Source: a virus (Duplodnaviria; Heunggongvirae; Uroviricota; Caudoviricetes). Taken from it: DNA of 34,548 nt. Positions within the stretch are counted from its first letter, which is position 1. Every line of letters starts with the position of its first letter. Below are positions 9,498 to 18,542 of the stretch, piece after piece. Position numbers and translations under genes: made by a program. The stretch is taken from IMG/VR virus record IMGVR_UViG_2563366980_000013. One strand, given 5' to 3'. Below the pieces are notes generated by a model. The model did not search any database and was not told where the DNA came from. It worked only from the letters and a program-made list of their open reading frames with translations.

Positions 9498-9657
9498 TCA
9501 GCGGTTCGTCCCAGTCTGCCGGGTTTTTGCTGATTTTGCGCACCTGCTTCAGGTCTTTTACCGTCAGGCGTTTCAGTTCAACCAGCTCAATTCTGGTACC
9601 TGCAGCAGTGGTGAAGGGATAAGACAATTTAAAAGTATCGGATGGGGTCTGTGACAT
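9322..9657 (-). CDS. Tail assembly chaperone (gpE/gpG-like)
   Basis: 111-aa ORF between tube and tape measure; Gly/Ala-rich C-terminus; 3' region overlapped by a second open frame. Confidence 0.6.
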   Translation of the reverse strand: MSQTPSDTFKLSYPFTTAAGTRIELVELKRLTVKDLKQVRKISKNPADWDEPLIARSTGLLPEDLDNMDLADYLQLQKRFQLITGMGESNQGADAGAGAAGEMVPVSAGGD

Positions 9658-9754
9658 GATTGTGCTCCTGTGTAAGTTCAGGGCAGTATGTCGGGAGAAG
9701 CGCGTGACGGATATTAAAGGAGATTAAGAAGAAGGGGCCGGAGCCCCTGTGATG

Positions 9755-10036
9755 TCAGCAAGTGCGAAACCCCTTGCAGTTACGCAGGAAAGCGATGAGA
9801 AGCGTCTTTCCCTCAGATTTGCCGGTGCCGGAGAACCAGTGGTCGGGAGGCTCCCATGCTTCAATCAAATCCGCCAGTTTGCGGGCCTTTGAACGTGTGC
9901 AGTCAATCGGGTCATTGGTTTTACGGGTATTAAAAAGGGTTTCCACCCCCGGAATATCAAGGAGGGTAAACCACGTACCATTTGACATGCCCAGTGCCGC
10001 ACATCGTCCTCCTTTATCCGTCAGTTCAACACTCAC
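9755..10036 (-). CDS. Hypothetical protein between tail tube and chaperone
   Basis: 93-aa ORF with GTG start 3 nt after the tube stop (or 77 aa from an internal ATG); same strand as the operon. No family recognised. Confidence 0.35.
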   Translation of the reverse strand: MSVELTDKGGRCAALGMSNGTWFTLLDIPGVETLFNTRKTNDPIDCTRSKARKLADLIEAWEPPDHWFSGTGKSEGKTLLIAFLRNCKGFRTC

Positions 10037-10038
10037 CG

Positions 10039-10560
10039 TCAGCCCCCGATATTGATCCGATAGTCAGTCAGTTGATCAACGCCACCGACGCGGAAGATGT
10101 TGGCCAGATAGTCCAGTTGCAGCAACTCTTCACCATCCAGTACCTGTCTGATATACGTGCAGGTGAAGCTACTGGAGAACTCGGCGTTCTCGTGCTGTTT
10201 AAACGTCCCCAGCGGGTTCTTCTTGAACATAATTGTCAGGAAGGTGACCAGCGGGATTTCGTCGATCAGCCCCTGCGAGCTGTAGCGCTGGACGCTGGAG
10301 CGACACTGCAGCGCCAGCGACTTGTACGGGTTCGCGGCAGACAGCATCGCATCGCGGTAAAAGCTGTTCCATTTGATTTCGCCTTCCAGTTTGTCAAAAC
10401 CAGCCGGGAGTTCCACCTTACCCACCATCCCCAGTGCCTTGTGTTCCTGCATAATCATGGAGACATCGGGGAGTTTAACTTCCTCAGCCCGTCCCAGCAG
10501 GTTAGTACCATCCAGATAGATGTTGGCATTCGTGATGCGGTTTATCTCAATCTTTGACAT
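10039..10560 (-). CDS. Tail tube protein (Mu M / P2 FII-like)
   Basis: 173-aa ORF directly downstream of the sheath gene; start overlaps the sheath stop. Confidence 0.75.
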   Translation of the reverse strand: MSKIEINRITNANIYLDGTNLLGRAEEVKLPDVSMIMQEHKALGMVGKVELPAGFDKLEGEIKWNSFYRDAMLSAANPYKSLALQCRSSVQRYSSQGLIDEIPLVTFLTIMFKKNPLGTFKQHENAEFSSSFTCTYIRQVLDGEELLQLDYLANIFRVGGVDQLTDYRINIGG

Positions 10561-11987
10561 CAGTTGCCCCCTTTCAGGGTTAACAGGTATTCCGAGGTGA
10601 TCTCAGTCTCAAACGTCAGTCGCTCCAGCGGCGGTGGTGGCGTATATTTGTAGCTCAGCAACAGGTGCCCGGCGGCCAGCTCCGTCTCCGGATTGCGGGC
10701 AGGATCAAACCAGCAACGGAAGCCCAGTACCGCACCATCACCAGTCATTTTGCGACCGTAGGCGTTGACCGACTCCGTCAGTGCATCAATCAGCGCCTGA
10801 GTAATCGGCATGTCGATGTACTGCTGGCTGAAATAACGAATGGACTCGTTGATCACATCACCGGTGCGGCGAACGTTCTCAAAGTTACGCATATGGGTGA
10901 CCGTTGGCCATGCTGCCGTCCGGTTACCCCACAGACGAAGGCCGCTGCCGTAACTGCTGAATACCGTGGTGATCCCCTGTTCGTTAAGCAGGTTCACCTC
11001 ACTCTGCGGGTCATCAATCATCGCGGACAGCTGGCGCTCCACGCCGGTGATCCCCAGAATCTCCTGATTGGAGGATGACCACCAGTAGCCCTTGTCCAGA
11101 TCGACTCTGGCACGCAGACCTGCTGCACGCTGGCTGAGCGGCTCCAGACGCTCTGTGTTTGTCACCGGGTCATATACCTTCACATGCGGATAGCACAGAC
11201 GGACGCGGTCGGAGCTGGTATTGAAGTTGATGGTGCCTTCCGGGCCACGACCTGCCAGAGCCTGTGCAAAGGTGGTACCGACAGGCGCATCAATGTAGGT
11301 TACCGCGCCCAGCTTCTCTGCCATGGCGATAAGCTCAACTGCGACACTCTTCTGGGTGCAGAACACCGGCGCAATCAGAATTTTGGCGAAATAGCCGTAC
11401 AGGTTGAAGCTGTCGTTAAGCAGCTTCATGCCGGTTCGGTTTCCGGCGCTGTTCACCCCGCCGATGATGTCCGCCGCAGTCACCTTCGACGGGTCCGCGT
11501 ACTCATAGCTCACCTTCACGCTGCCACCGGCCTCAATAGCCTTGCCCAGGTTCGTGAGCACACCCGCCTGCGCATCAACACGGTAGTCCGTGTTCGCCGT
11601 GTGGGAGGTGCTGCCTTCACTGTTTTTCACCACCACATTAGCGACAACCGGATGCGCCAGTCTGGCCTGCCCTGTCGATTTGTCAAAGGTAACCACCTCA
11701 TCCTCGATCGCCGTTTTATGTTTCGCCGGGTCGAGGACGTTAATGACCAGAACGGTACCTGCACCATGGTCATAAATCGCATCCAGCGCCTGCGGAATGG
11801 TAAAGCCGGTGAACTGGCTGCCAAATGCCGCTGCGTCTTTCTCAGACAGGCACTGTACCAGCGTATTGACATCCCCCATCGGGGCGGTACCAATCAGGCC
11901 AATAACGGCAGATTTCACCGTTTTAACCGGGCGGGCACCGTTTTCCACCTCAATGGTTTCGGGACCATGCAGATAGTTAGCTGCCAT
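10560..11987 (-). CDS. Tail sheath protein (Mu L / P2 FI-like)
   Basis: 475-aa ORF in the canonical position of the contractile tail module. Confidence 0.8.
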   Translation of the reverse strand: MAANYLHGPETIEVENGARPVKTVKSAVIGLIGTAPMGDVNTLVQCLSEKDAAAFGSQFTGFTIPQALDAIYDHGAGTVLVINVLDPAKHKTAIEDEVVTFDKSTGQARLAHPVVANVVVKNSEGSTSHTANTDYRVDAQAGVLTNLGKAIEAGGSVKVSYEYADPSKVTAADIIGGVNSAGNRTGMKLLNDSFNLYGYFAKILIAPVFCTQKSVAVELIAMAEKLGAVTYIDAPVGTTFAQALAGRGPEGTINFNTSSDRVRLCYPHVKVYDPVTNTERLEPLSQRAAGLRARVDLDKGYWWSSSNQEILGITGVERQLSAMIDDPQSEVNLLNEQGITTVFSSYGSGLRLWGNRTAAWPTVTHMRNFENVRRTGDVINESIRYFSQQYIDMPITQALIDALTESVNAYGRKMTGDGAVLGFRCWFDPARNPETELAAGHLLLSYKYTPPPPLERLTFETEITSEYLLTLKGGN

Positions 11988-12231
11988 CGGTGTCCTCCGT
12001 TTTCACTTCGCTGTCACTGCTGCTTCTGCGCTTTGGTGACTGCACAGCCGGTGTGCCGGCGGGTTTAGTCTCTTCAGGTACCGGCGTCAGATGTTTCAGC
12101 GCCACCAGTACCTTCACGTAGTCATGCTCCTCCGGCAGGGAAACCGTCTTCCCCGGCCAGAGCAGGATTTCGGTTCCGTCCGACAGCGTGACGCCGCTGG
12201 CCGGGCCGGAATAGCGGTATTCTTTCATCAC
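11977..12231 (-). CDS. Small conserved phage protein (Mu gp38 position)
   Basis: 84 aa; overlaps both neighbouring genes in the operon. Confidence 0.45.
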   Translation of the reverse strand: MMKEYRYSGPASGVTLSDGTEILLWPGKTVSLPEEHDYVKVLVALKHLTPVPEETKPAGTPAVQSPKRRSSSDSEVKTEDTDGS

Positions 12232-12692
12232 TCGCTTTCCTCATAGTTCACTTCGGTTAACAGCGGGCCGGACGGTAAATCGCTGTCTTCGATAAAGACG
12301 CTTTCAGTCGCGAAGTCGAGGGCGTATTGCCACAGCCCCCTGACTTCACCGATAAACACCTCGCGGGTCAGCCAGATACGGCGGCGGCAGCCGGGCGGGG
12401 TGTGGCCACCGAGAATGCGGCGGACAGCATCCAGGACATTAATCGCCCCTTTTTTACCGTTGAGCTGGCGGAAGACCACCGTGACGCAGAGCTGGATAGT
12501 CTGAGACTGGATCACCGCACCGGTATCATCCGGCCTGTCAAAGCGCGATCCTGCATAGCTCAGCAGCAACGCCCCGACAGAATGATTGAGGCGGTATTCG
12601 GACGGCTTTTCCGGGAAGTACTCAACCTGCAGCTGAGGCAGCTTCTCGCGCAACCGGGCCAGCACCGCATCAAGGACGGGCAGAACATTCAT
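12228..12692 (-). CDS. Head-tail joining protein, Mu gp37-like
   Basis: 154 aa; position between gp36-like and sheath-proximal genes. Confidence 0.5.
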   Translation of the reverse strand: MNVLPVLDAVLARLREKLPQLQVEYFPEKPSEYRLNHSVGALLLSYAGSRFDRPDDTGAVIQSQTIQLCVTVVFRQLNGKKGAINVLDAVRRILGGHTPPGCRRRIWLTREVFIGEVRGLWQYALDFATESVFIEDSDLPSGPLLTEVNYEESE

Positions 12693-13138
12693 CAGTATTT
12701 CTCCAGTAAGCCGTCACGACCGCCGAAAGTGGCCGGGCGACTGCGTACACGAAACTCGCCAGGCTCAGGCACATCTTTCTGAGTGGACGGCAGCCCCAGC
12801 GTGAGCCTGTTATCACGTAACTCCCTGAGTTGCCGCAGCGCTTCTTTGTGGTCATCCTTCACCGTATCCGGGAGGTCACCTTCCGGGCGGCGGGCGTAGA
12901 GCCGGTAACGGACCAGCGTGATGGCAATGTCCCGCAGAACAGTCGGTATCTCTGCCAGTGGCAGGATATAGCGTCCGCGCAGATGGGCATCAATCAGCTC
13001 GTCGGCATAGCGGATACAGCTGTCCAACACACGGGTATTCACTGTTGCAGGCGAGTCGAAGTCCATCTCTTCACTGGTGAGCTCGATAAGCGTCCGCTCC
13101 GGCACCTGCGCAAGCAAATCCTCCAGGGTGCAGTACAT
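12692..13138 (-). CDS. Head-tail connector protein, Mu gp36-like
   Basis: Track ORF extends to 13300 but overlaps the upstream gene; the ATG at 13136-13138 (MYCTLEDLLAQ..) directly follows the upstream stop and is the likelier start. Confidence 0.5.
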   Translation of the reverse strand: MYCTLEDLLAQVPERTLIELTSEEMDFDSPATVNTRVLDSCIRYADELIDAHLRGRYILPLAEIPTVLRDIAITLVRYRLYARRPEGDLPDTVKDDHKEALRQLRELRDNRLTLGLPSTQKDVPEPGEFRVRSRPATFGGRDGLLEKY

Positions 13139-13139
13139 G

Positions 13140-13478
13140 TCACACCCCGCGCAGGATACGAATGACGTCGCCTTCACCCCCGGCTTCATCAAGTGCAATA
13201 CCACAGGATTTACCGTCGCCGGACTGCGGCACGGCTCTGGCCTGAGCATCTGACTGAACAGCCACACCACGGCTGACAGCGGCCCCGGCCTCGACAGCAA
13301 TAATGCCCAGAACGCTCACCGGCGTGCTGTCGCCGGTAACAGCATCCACTTCGGCAACCCCGAGCGCTGCGGCACCGGCTTTACAGGGGGTATTATCTGC
13401 CCCGACAAAACGCTGCTGTGCCAGTGCTGCCCCTGCCGTTACGGTTGTGATCAGAATGACCTGCTGAGTGGTTCCCAT
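13140..13478 (-). CDS. Small Ala/Gly/Val-rich head protein (possible decoration/completion protein)
   Basis: 112 aa immediately downstream of the major capsid gene. Confidence 0.45.
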   Translation of the reverse strand: MGTTQQVILITTVTAGAALAQQRFVGADNTPCKAGAAALGVAEVDAVTGDSTPVSVLGIIAVEAGAAVSRGVAVQSDAQARAVPQSGDGKSCGIALDEAGGEGDVIRILRGV

Positions 13479-13487
13479 AACGCCTCC

Positions 13488-14441
13488 TTATTTACTGATA
13501 CCGGTAATGAGATACCCGGCATCGCCACCAACCACGGCGACTTTGTAGATATCGGTATAACGGCAGTACTTCACCTTGCCACCGGCTCCGTCGTATTTGT
13601 CGGCAACAGGCATCCCCTTACGACGCAGGGTGTAGCCGAAGGACGGCTCGTTCTCGTCCGCGCTGTCCGCCCCCGGCTGCGGTTTGCCGACATAGTGCAG
13701 CATCAGATTGTCTCCCCAGATATCCGCCGGCACGCTGTTCTTATCCATTGCCGCTTTCATGGACGGCAGGGAGACTGGGGCACCGATGACGATCTCTTCG
13801 ATCTGAAAGAGGTCCTGCAGGATTTCTGTGGTGATGCGCTTGCGTTCGTTGGCTCCGATGGCGGCCTGAATCGCCGGGTGGAACTTCAGCAGCGCCATCA
13901 CGCCGGCCCCCATGGTCATCAGGTTAGGACGCAGCCCCGTGGCCGTACGGACCGCTTCCATACCGGCTTCAATCACCCCGATGGGGTCCCCCTTACCACC
14001 GGCCCAGCGATCACTGGCTGTCAGTTTTTTGACGTGCCCGGTACGGTAGACCTTTTCATCCTGAGCCAGACGGGCAGCGATAAGTTCACGGCGCAGGTTC
14101 ACGCCATTCGTGGCGCGACGGATGGCCTTGCTCTCTTCGTTAAACATGGACTCCGCCTGCTCGCGATAGTCCACCGGCGCAGCCAGATCGTGTTCACCCA
14201 GCACCAGGTCCAGCGTGCCTGTTTTTTCACGGACCAGAACATTGCTGTCCGCCCCGACGGCACGCTCGGTGTCATATTCCACAAAGGCGGTTTTCCCGAA
14301 GGTCGGTACACGCACGCCTTCCTTGTCCGTCAGCACGACGGGGAAAATACGTTCGCCGATGAATGCGGCATTTTTATAGCCACGGGCGATACTGGTCAGT
14401 ACCGGATCAACGACACGTTTACCTTTTAAGTAATCAGACAT
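13488..14441 (-). CDS. Major capsid protein (Mu gpT-like)
   Basis: 317 aa; N-terminus MSDYLKGKRVVDPVLTSIARGY.. and position after the protease/scaffold gene are typical of Mu T-family. Confidence 0.8.
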   Translation of the reverse strand: MSDYLKGKRVVDPVLTSIARGYKNAAFIGERIFPVVLTDKEGVRVPTFGKTAFVEYDTERAVGADSNVLVREKTGTLDLVLGEHDLAAPVDYREQAESMFNEESKAIRRATNGVNLRRELIAARLAQDEKVYRTGHVKKLTASDRWAGGKGDPIGVIEAGMEAVRTATGLRPNLMTMGAGVMALLKFHPAIQAAIGANERKRITTEILQDLFQIEEIVIGAPVSLPSMKAAMDKNSVPADIWGDNLMLHYVGKPQPGADSADENEPSFGYTLRRKGMPVADKYDGAGGKVKYCRYTDIYKVAVVGGDAGYLITGISK

Positions 14442-14455
14442 GCTCTCTCCTTAAA

Positions 14456-15571
14456 TTACAGGCAGCGTGCGACAGCAGCCTCATAGCTGATGCCTTCTTT
14501 TTTGGACAGGGCCACTGCTTTCTGATGCAGGGCCAGACGCTCAGGATCGGCTTCCGCAAACTCTGCCACATCCACCTTCACCGTGTCGCCGACACGCTCT
14601 TTTGTGGCCTGTTCGGCGAAATTCATCACCGGCTCCCCGTCGGAGAGCAATGAACGAAAGGCGGTGGCCAGCGGTGTGCGGCTTTCCCCCTCAGCAAACT
14701 CCACCGGCTTGTCGCCACCGGCGACGGCATCCAGCAGGGCAACCACCACGGAGGAGGCGCGGGGAGCCAGACGGCCCTCTGCGACCAGTTTTTCTGCAAA
14801 GGCCACATTGTCCTTATGCAGTTGCTCCTGTCTGACCTGTGCATCACGCGCATCGCGATCAGCAGCCTGCTGCTTCAGGCGGCGGTTCTCCTCCTGAAGG
14901 GCTTCAATCTCTTCTTTTGTCATCGATGATTCCTCGTTACTTGCGGAAGACGGCCCCGGGCCTGTCTCACTGAATTGTGCACCTGCTGCATCCTGCGACA
15001 GTGTGTCGCGGTACGCCTCTTCGCGCAGACTGTTGAGCTGCCATTCCGGCAGGACTTTTTCTGCCTCGTCCAGACTGAAGCGGGCGATCAGAAAATCGCG
15101 CAGCTTTCCCCACAGGGAGGCATTCGTGATGGCCTGCCAGTCGGCGAACTCCACCACACCTTCTTCCTGCTCACTGAAGGACACCTGTTTCAGCCCCTTG
15201 ACGGAAGGTGGCTGTGCCCCGAGAAAGCCCACATGGCGAAGGTAGAGCACGCCGGGCTTCGGATTGGACGGTGAATCCGGGAGGTAGAAAGAGGCGGACA
15301 CTTTTTTGAATCGTCCGTCGGTGACCATCTCAGCAAACTGCGGGTCCAGCTGGGCAGGCTCTGCCATCAGATCGACGCCGCTGAGCGACAGGGCTTTCAC
15401 CCAGCCCCACGCCGGGTCTTCCGTTCTGGGATGACCAATCACGAGTGGTGCTTCATGGACGGACGGGTCATAGGCTTTCACGCAGGCGGCAAGATCGTCT
15501 GGCGTGAACGGCAGTTTTTTGCCGTGCATATCGGTATGAGTACCGGCTTTAAAAATGTGAATGGCTGACAT
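14456..15571 (-). CDS. Head maturation protease / scaffold (Mu gpI-like)
   Basis: 371 aa with protease-like N-terminal half and a charged, coiled-coil-like C-terminal half (..EEIEALQEENRRLKQQAADRDARDAQVRQEQ..); a nested scaffold product from an internal start is possible, as in Mu I/Z. Confidence 0.75.
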   Translation of the reverse strand: MSAIHIFKAGTHTDMHGKKLPFTPDDLAACVKAYDPSVHEAPLVIGHPRTEDPAWGWVKALSLSGVDLMAEPAQLDPQFAEMVTDGRFKKVSASFYLPDSPSNPKPGVLYLRHVGFLGAQPPSVKGLKQVSFSEQEEGVVEFADWQAITNASLWGKLRDFLIARFSLDEAEKVLPEWQLNSLREEAYRDTLSQDAAGAQFSETGPGPSSASNEESSMTKEEIEALQEENRRLKQQAADRDARDAQVRQEQLHKDNVAFAEKLVAEGRLAPRASSVVVALLDAVAGGDKPVEFAEGESRTPLATAFRSLLSDGEPVMNFAEQATKERVGDTVKVDVAEFAEADPERLALHQKAVALSKKEGISYEAAVARCL

Positions 15572-15690
15572 TTTGCTGTCCCGCGTTATGTTGTCGGAGA
15601 CAGTTTGTGAGAAATGCAGGCCCGGCGATTTTAATCTGCTTTAGAAAACATCAGGGGAGAAGGACAGGGAAAGCAATACGGTGAACCGGA

Positions 15691-15735
15691 GGCGGTTATA
15701 AAACAGAGGCTGTAAAGCCTTTATAAAGGTAATAC
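15691..15735 (-). terminator. Candidate intrinsic terminator/attenuator hairpin between G-like and I-like genes
   Basis: Imperfect inverted repeat (ggctgta..cctttataaagg..tacagcc) followed on the minus strand by a T-run; coordinates approximate. Confidence 0.3.
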
Positions 15736-15785
15736 AGCCCCTCATTCGCTGGCAATGATAAATCACTCGCCTGAAGAGAGAAAAC

Positions 15786-16244
15786 TCAGCGACGGGCCGC
15801 TGATTCAAGATGGCGGACAATGGTATCGAGGATGGGGATTACCACTTCAGGCTGTAGTTCTCCATCCCCCGTCACCGGCAGGAACGGGCGGGCCGGAAGT
15901 TCAACAGACTCATTACGCCCCGTTTTACCCCCGAACTGGTGAATGGCACCGTAAACAACGTTGGTCCCCACAACAGCCTGCCGGTCGTCATAGTCGGTTG
16001 ATACTGACCCCATCAGACGCCCGGTATCCTGCAGTGTCTGCCCGTCACGTTCTTCCGCTGCCAGCGAGGGCATCCACCCCGGACGCCCCTCATCAAGAAA
16101 GTTAAACTGTGTTTCCGCCAGCAGGGTTCCGGCGATTTTGCGCATCGCGGGCTCCAGGTCTGTGGCAGCAAGATCCAGCGCACGGAGGCTCCGGCGCAGG
16201 GATTTATCGTTAATGGTGATACTGACCAGGTTATCGGAAGCCAT
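15786..16244 (-). CDS. Virion morphogenesis protein (Mu gpG-like)
   Basis: 152 aa; position between F-like and protease genes. Confidence 0.65.
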   Translation of the reverse strand: MASDNLVSITINDKSLRRSLRALDLAATDLEPAMRKIAGTLLAETQFNFLDEGRPGWMPSLAAEERDGQTLQDTGRLMGSVSTDYDDRQAVVGTNVVYGAIHQFGGKTGRNESVELPARPFLPVTGDGELQPEVVIPILDTIVRHLESAARR

Positions 16245-16246
16245 TG

Positions 16247-17068
16247 TTATCCTCTCAGTTCCTGTTGTGCCAGTGGCTGAAGCGTACCCTGATAGCGGGC
16301 CAGGTCGGGACGGTATGCTGCCCCCGGTGCATAAGACCAGCCGACGTCGGTGGTCACCTTCGTGGTGCCGGTATTAAAGGTGGCCACGTTCCGCATTTCG
16401 CCGGTTTTCTCTGAGACCAGTTTCAGTTCCTGGCCCATGACAGAGCCGGAGCTGATAACCTTCAGGCCACGGGCACGTACATCCGCCGCACTCAGGGCAA
16501 TCACACTACAGCGGCAGCGCCAGCCGTTCGGCGGGTAAAATGCCTGCCAGAACGGGTCATCCCAGCGCAGCACCAGACCATGCAGCGCCAGATGGCTCCT
16601 GCGGGTATGGCTGTCGTTGATGCCGGTATACATCCAGTACGGCCTGTCGTCGACGTTTTCCATCTGCTCCGCCCAACGACCGGCGCTGTAGAGTACGGAC
16701 ATATTGGTGCGAAAGATGGTATCGAGCCGCCACGGACTGCCCTGCTGAATGGTGACCGGCTCACCCGTTACCGGGTCAGTCGTGTCACGTGGTCCCCACC
16801 ATCCCTTACGCTTCAGCACCGGCTCCAGCGCCTGCCGGAACCAGCGATCGGTTTTTCCTTCATCGACAGCCTGCTGCAGTGCCCCGCGAATATCTTCCAG
16901 GATATCCAGGCGGGTCACTTTAGCGACGGTAAAGGCGCGGGCATGGGCTTCCTGCCACATCTCCTCCCAGTCCCAGGTAATCTGATACCCTTTGGACTTC
17001 AGGTAGCTGACTGCCCGCTTCGGGGGAAGCGTCATGCAGTACGCCAGTTCAGCCGTTGTCACGCTCAT
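16247..17068 (-). CDS. Minor head / head morphogenesis protein (Mu gpF-like)
   Basis: Track ORF 16247..17095; the internal ATG (MSVTTAEL..) is the likelier start and overlaps the portal 3' end. Confidence 0.65.
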   Translation of the reverse strand: MSVTTAELAYCMTLPPKRAVSYLKSKGYQITWDWEEMWQEAHARAFTVAKVTRLDILEDIRGALQQAVDEGKTDRWFRQALEPVLKRKGWWGPRDTTDPVTGEPVTIQQGSPWRLDTIFRTNMSVLYSAGRWAEQMENVDDRPYWMYTGINDSHTRRSHLALHGLVLRWDDPFWQAFYPPNGWRCRCSVIALSAADVRARGLKVISSGSVMGQELKLVSEKTGEMRNVATFNTGTTKVTTDVGWSYAPGAAYRPDLARYQGTLQPLAQQELRG

Positions 17069-18542
17069 GCAGACGCCCCCAGATATTTGCCACAAAGAGA
17101 ATGCGGGCCAGCCGCTCCTGCAGATCGTCCGTGTTCATCTGAGGGTAGAGCTCCGCCAGTTCGCCCAGCAGCTCAGACGGGTTAACCCCGTTTTCGACCC
17201 GCCTGAACAGAGGTGCCAGGACGGGTTCCAGCGTGCCATTTAACACACCTCCGTTCATCAGAATGTCCAGCGCGTCGTCAAGCTGCTGTTGTGCATCATG
17301 ATCGGCGCTTATCGCCTCGGCAAACTCCGCAGGCACTGCCCCGTCCGCAACCGGTGCATCAGAGAGGTCAATATCCCCCTCCTGCAGCTGGTACTCCCGC
17401 ATGAAGTACTGCGGGGTCAGGCGTAGTCCCGCGCGGGTGAGTTTTTCGTCGCGGGTGGCACGGGTGTCATCAATGGCCTCCTGTTCCCACATGGCCCAGA
17501 CCGGACACGGCACATCGCCGAAGTTCAGGGTGACCACCGTTCTGATGACCTGATTCACTGCCGCCTGAATGATGTCCGCATCCGCATCGCGGATATCAGC
17601 CGTCACCTCCAGCCCGGCCTGTGCAGAGGCCTTGTTACTGTTCGCTTCAGTGGTCTGATTCTGACCGAGTAATGCAATGGAGATCTCACTGCGTGACAGC
17701 GTGATCAGCTCGCGGAATACCTCGCTGCTGTCCGCCTTGCCATCCGCGGCTTTGAGTTCAATGCTGCTGTCATCGGGGATGGCGGCCACAGCGTCCTCCA
17801 CCATCTGCTCCATGGAGTCCAGCAGTTTTTCAATCTCTGCATCATTTGCACCCCTCGGGTGCTTACCGATCACCCACGGGGAGCCAAACTTTTCGGCAAA
17901 GCGGAGCCAGAATTTCATCCCGCCTTTCTTGAAGGCGACCGGCCAGAAGCACATGGACAGGTCCGGGAAACCGTAAGGATTGTCATACGAGGCATCCTGT
18001 GCCGGCACCACGAATTTTGACGGTGACAGCAGCTCACCCTCCACACCCGCATCACGCGCCCGGAAGCGCAGGCAGTTGTCCGTATCAAACTGAAACCACT
18101 CAGGCGGTTTGCCGACAATATCCGTCACCGCCCACGCCCTGACCGAACGGCCCCACATGATTTCACAGGGCTGATACCCGTAGAGCACGGCATCGCTCAT
18201 CTCACCGATGATGCGGGACAGATCCAGATCGTCGAGCATGTCGCGGATGAAACGGAAGACCCGGGCAGAAGCGTGACCGCGCTCCAGTCCACGCTCCAGC
18301 GATTTGAGCGCTGCTTTACGTCTGCGGATACAGCCTCCGACCAGCGGGTCGGTGCGCAGTTCGCGGTAGATACGGATATCCCGTCCCTGAGCCTTGAGAA
18401 TGGGATCAGGATTGGGCAGATACATGCCCAGTCCGTAAAAGTCGATCGCGCGGCTGCGGGAGGCAATCTGCGCGGTCAGTGATTTCTGAGGCTCAGAAAA
18501 AGCAACAAATTCATCGGGTGAAACCCAGATACCCCTCGCCAT
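17049..18542 (-). CDS. Portal protein (Mu gpH / gp29-like)
   Basis: 497 aa directly downstream of the large terminase gene (start overlaps its stop). Confidence 0.8.
   Translation of the reverse strand: MARGIWVSPDEFVAFSEPQKSLTAQIASRSRAIDFYGLGMYLPNPDPILKAQGRDIRIYRELRTDPLVGGCIRRRKAALKSLERGLERGHASARVFRFIRDMLDDLDLSRIIGEMSDAVLYGYQPCEIMWGRSVRAWAVTDIVGKPPEWFQFDTDNCLRFRARDAGVEGELLSPSKFVVPAQDASYDNPYGFPDLSMCFWPVAFKKGGMKFWLRFAEKFGSPWVIGKHPRGANDAEIEKLLDSMEQMVEDAVAAIPDDSSIELKAADGKADSSEVFRELITLSRSEISIALLGQNQTTEANSNKASAQAGLEVTADIRDADADIIQAAVNQVIRTVVTLNFGDVPCPVWAMWEQEAIDDTRATRDEKLTRAGLRLTPQYFMREYQLQEGDIDLSDAPVADGAVPAEFAEAISADHDAQQQLDDALDILMNGGVLNGTLEPVLAPLFRRVENGVNPSELLGELAELYPQMNTDDLQERLARILFVANIWGRLHERDNG

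Noticed and set aside
11184-12068. 294-aa + strand ORF antisense to the tail sheath gene
   Set aside because: Overlaps a strongly supported sheath gene on the other strand; Arg/Cys/His-rich composition typical of a spurious GC-rich frame.
13140-13300. 5' extension of the gp36-like ORF (to 13300) overlapping the upstream head gene by about 160 nt
   Set aside because: An in-frame ATG directly after the upstream stop (13136-13138) gives a compact, non-overlapping gene; the extension is probably an artefact of the longest-ORF call.
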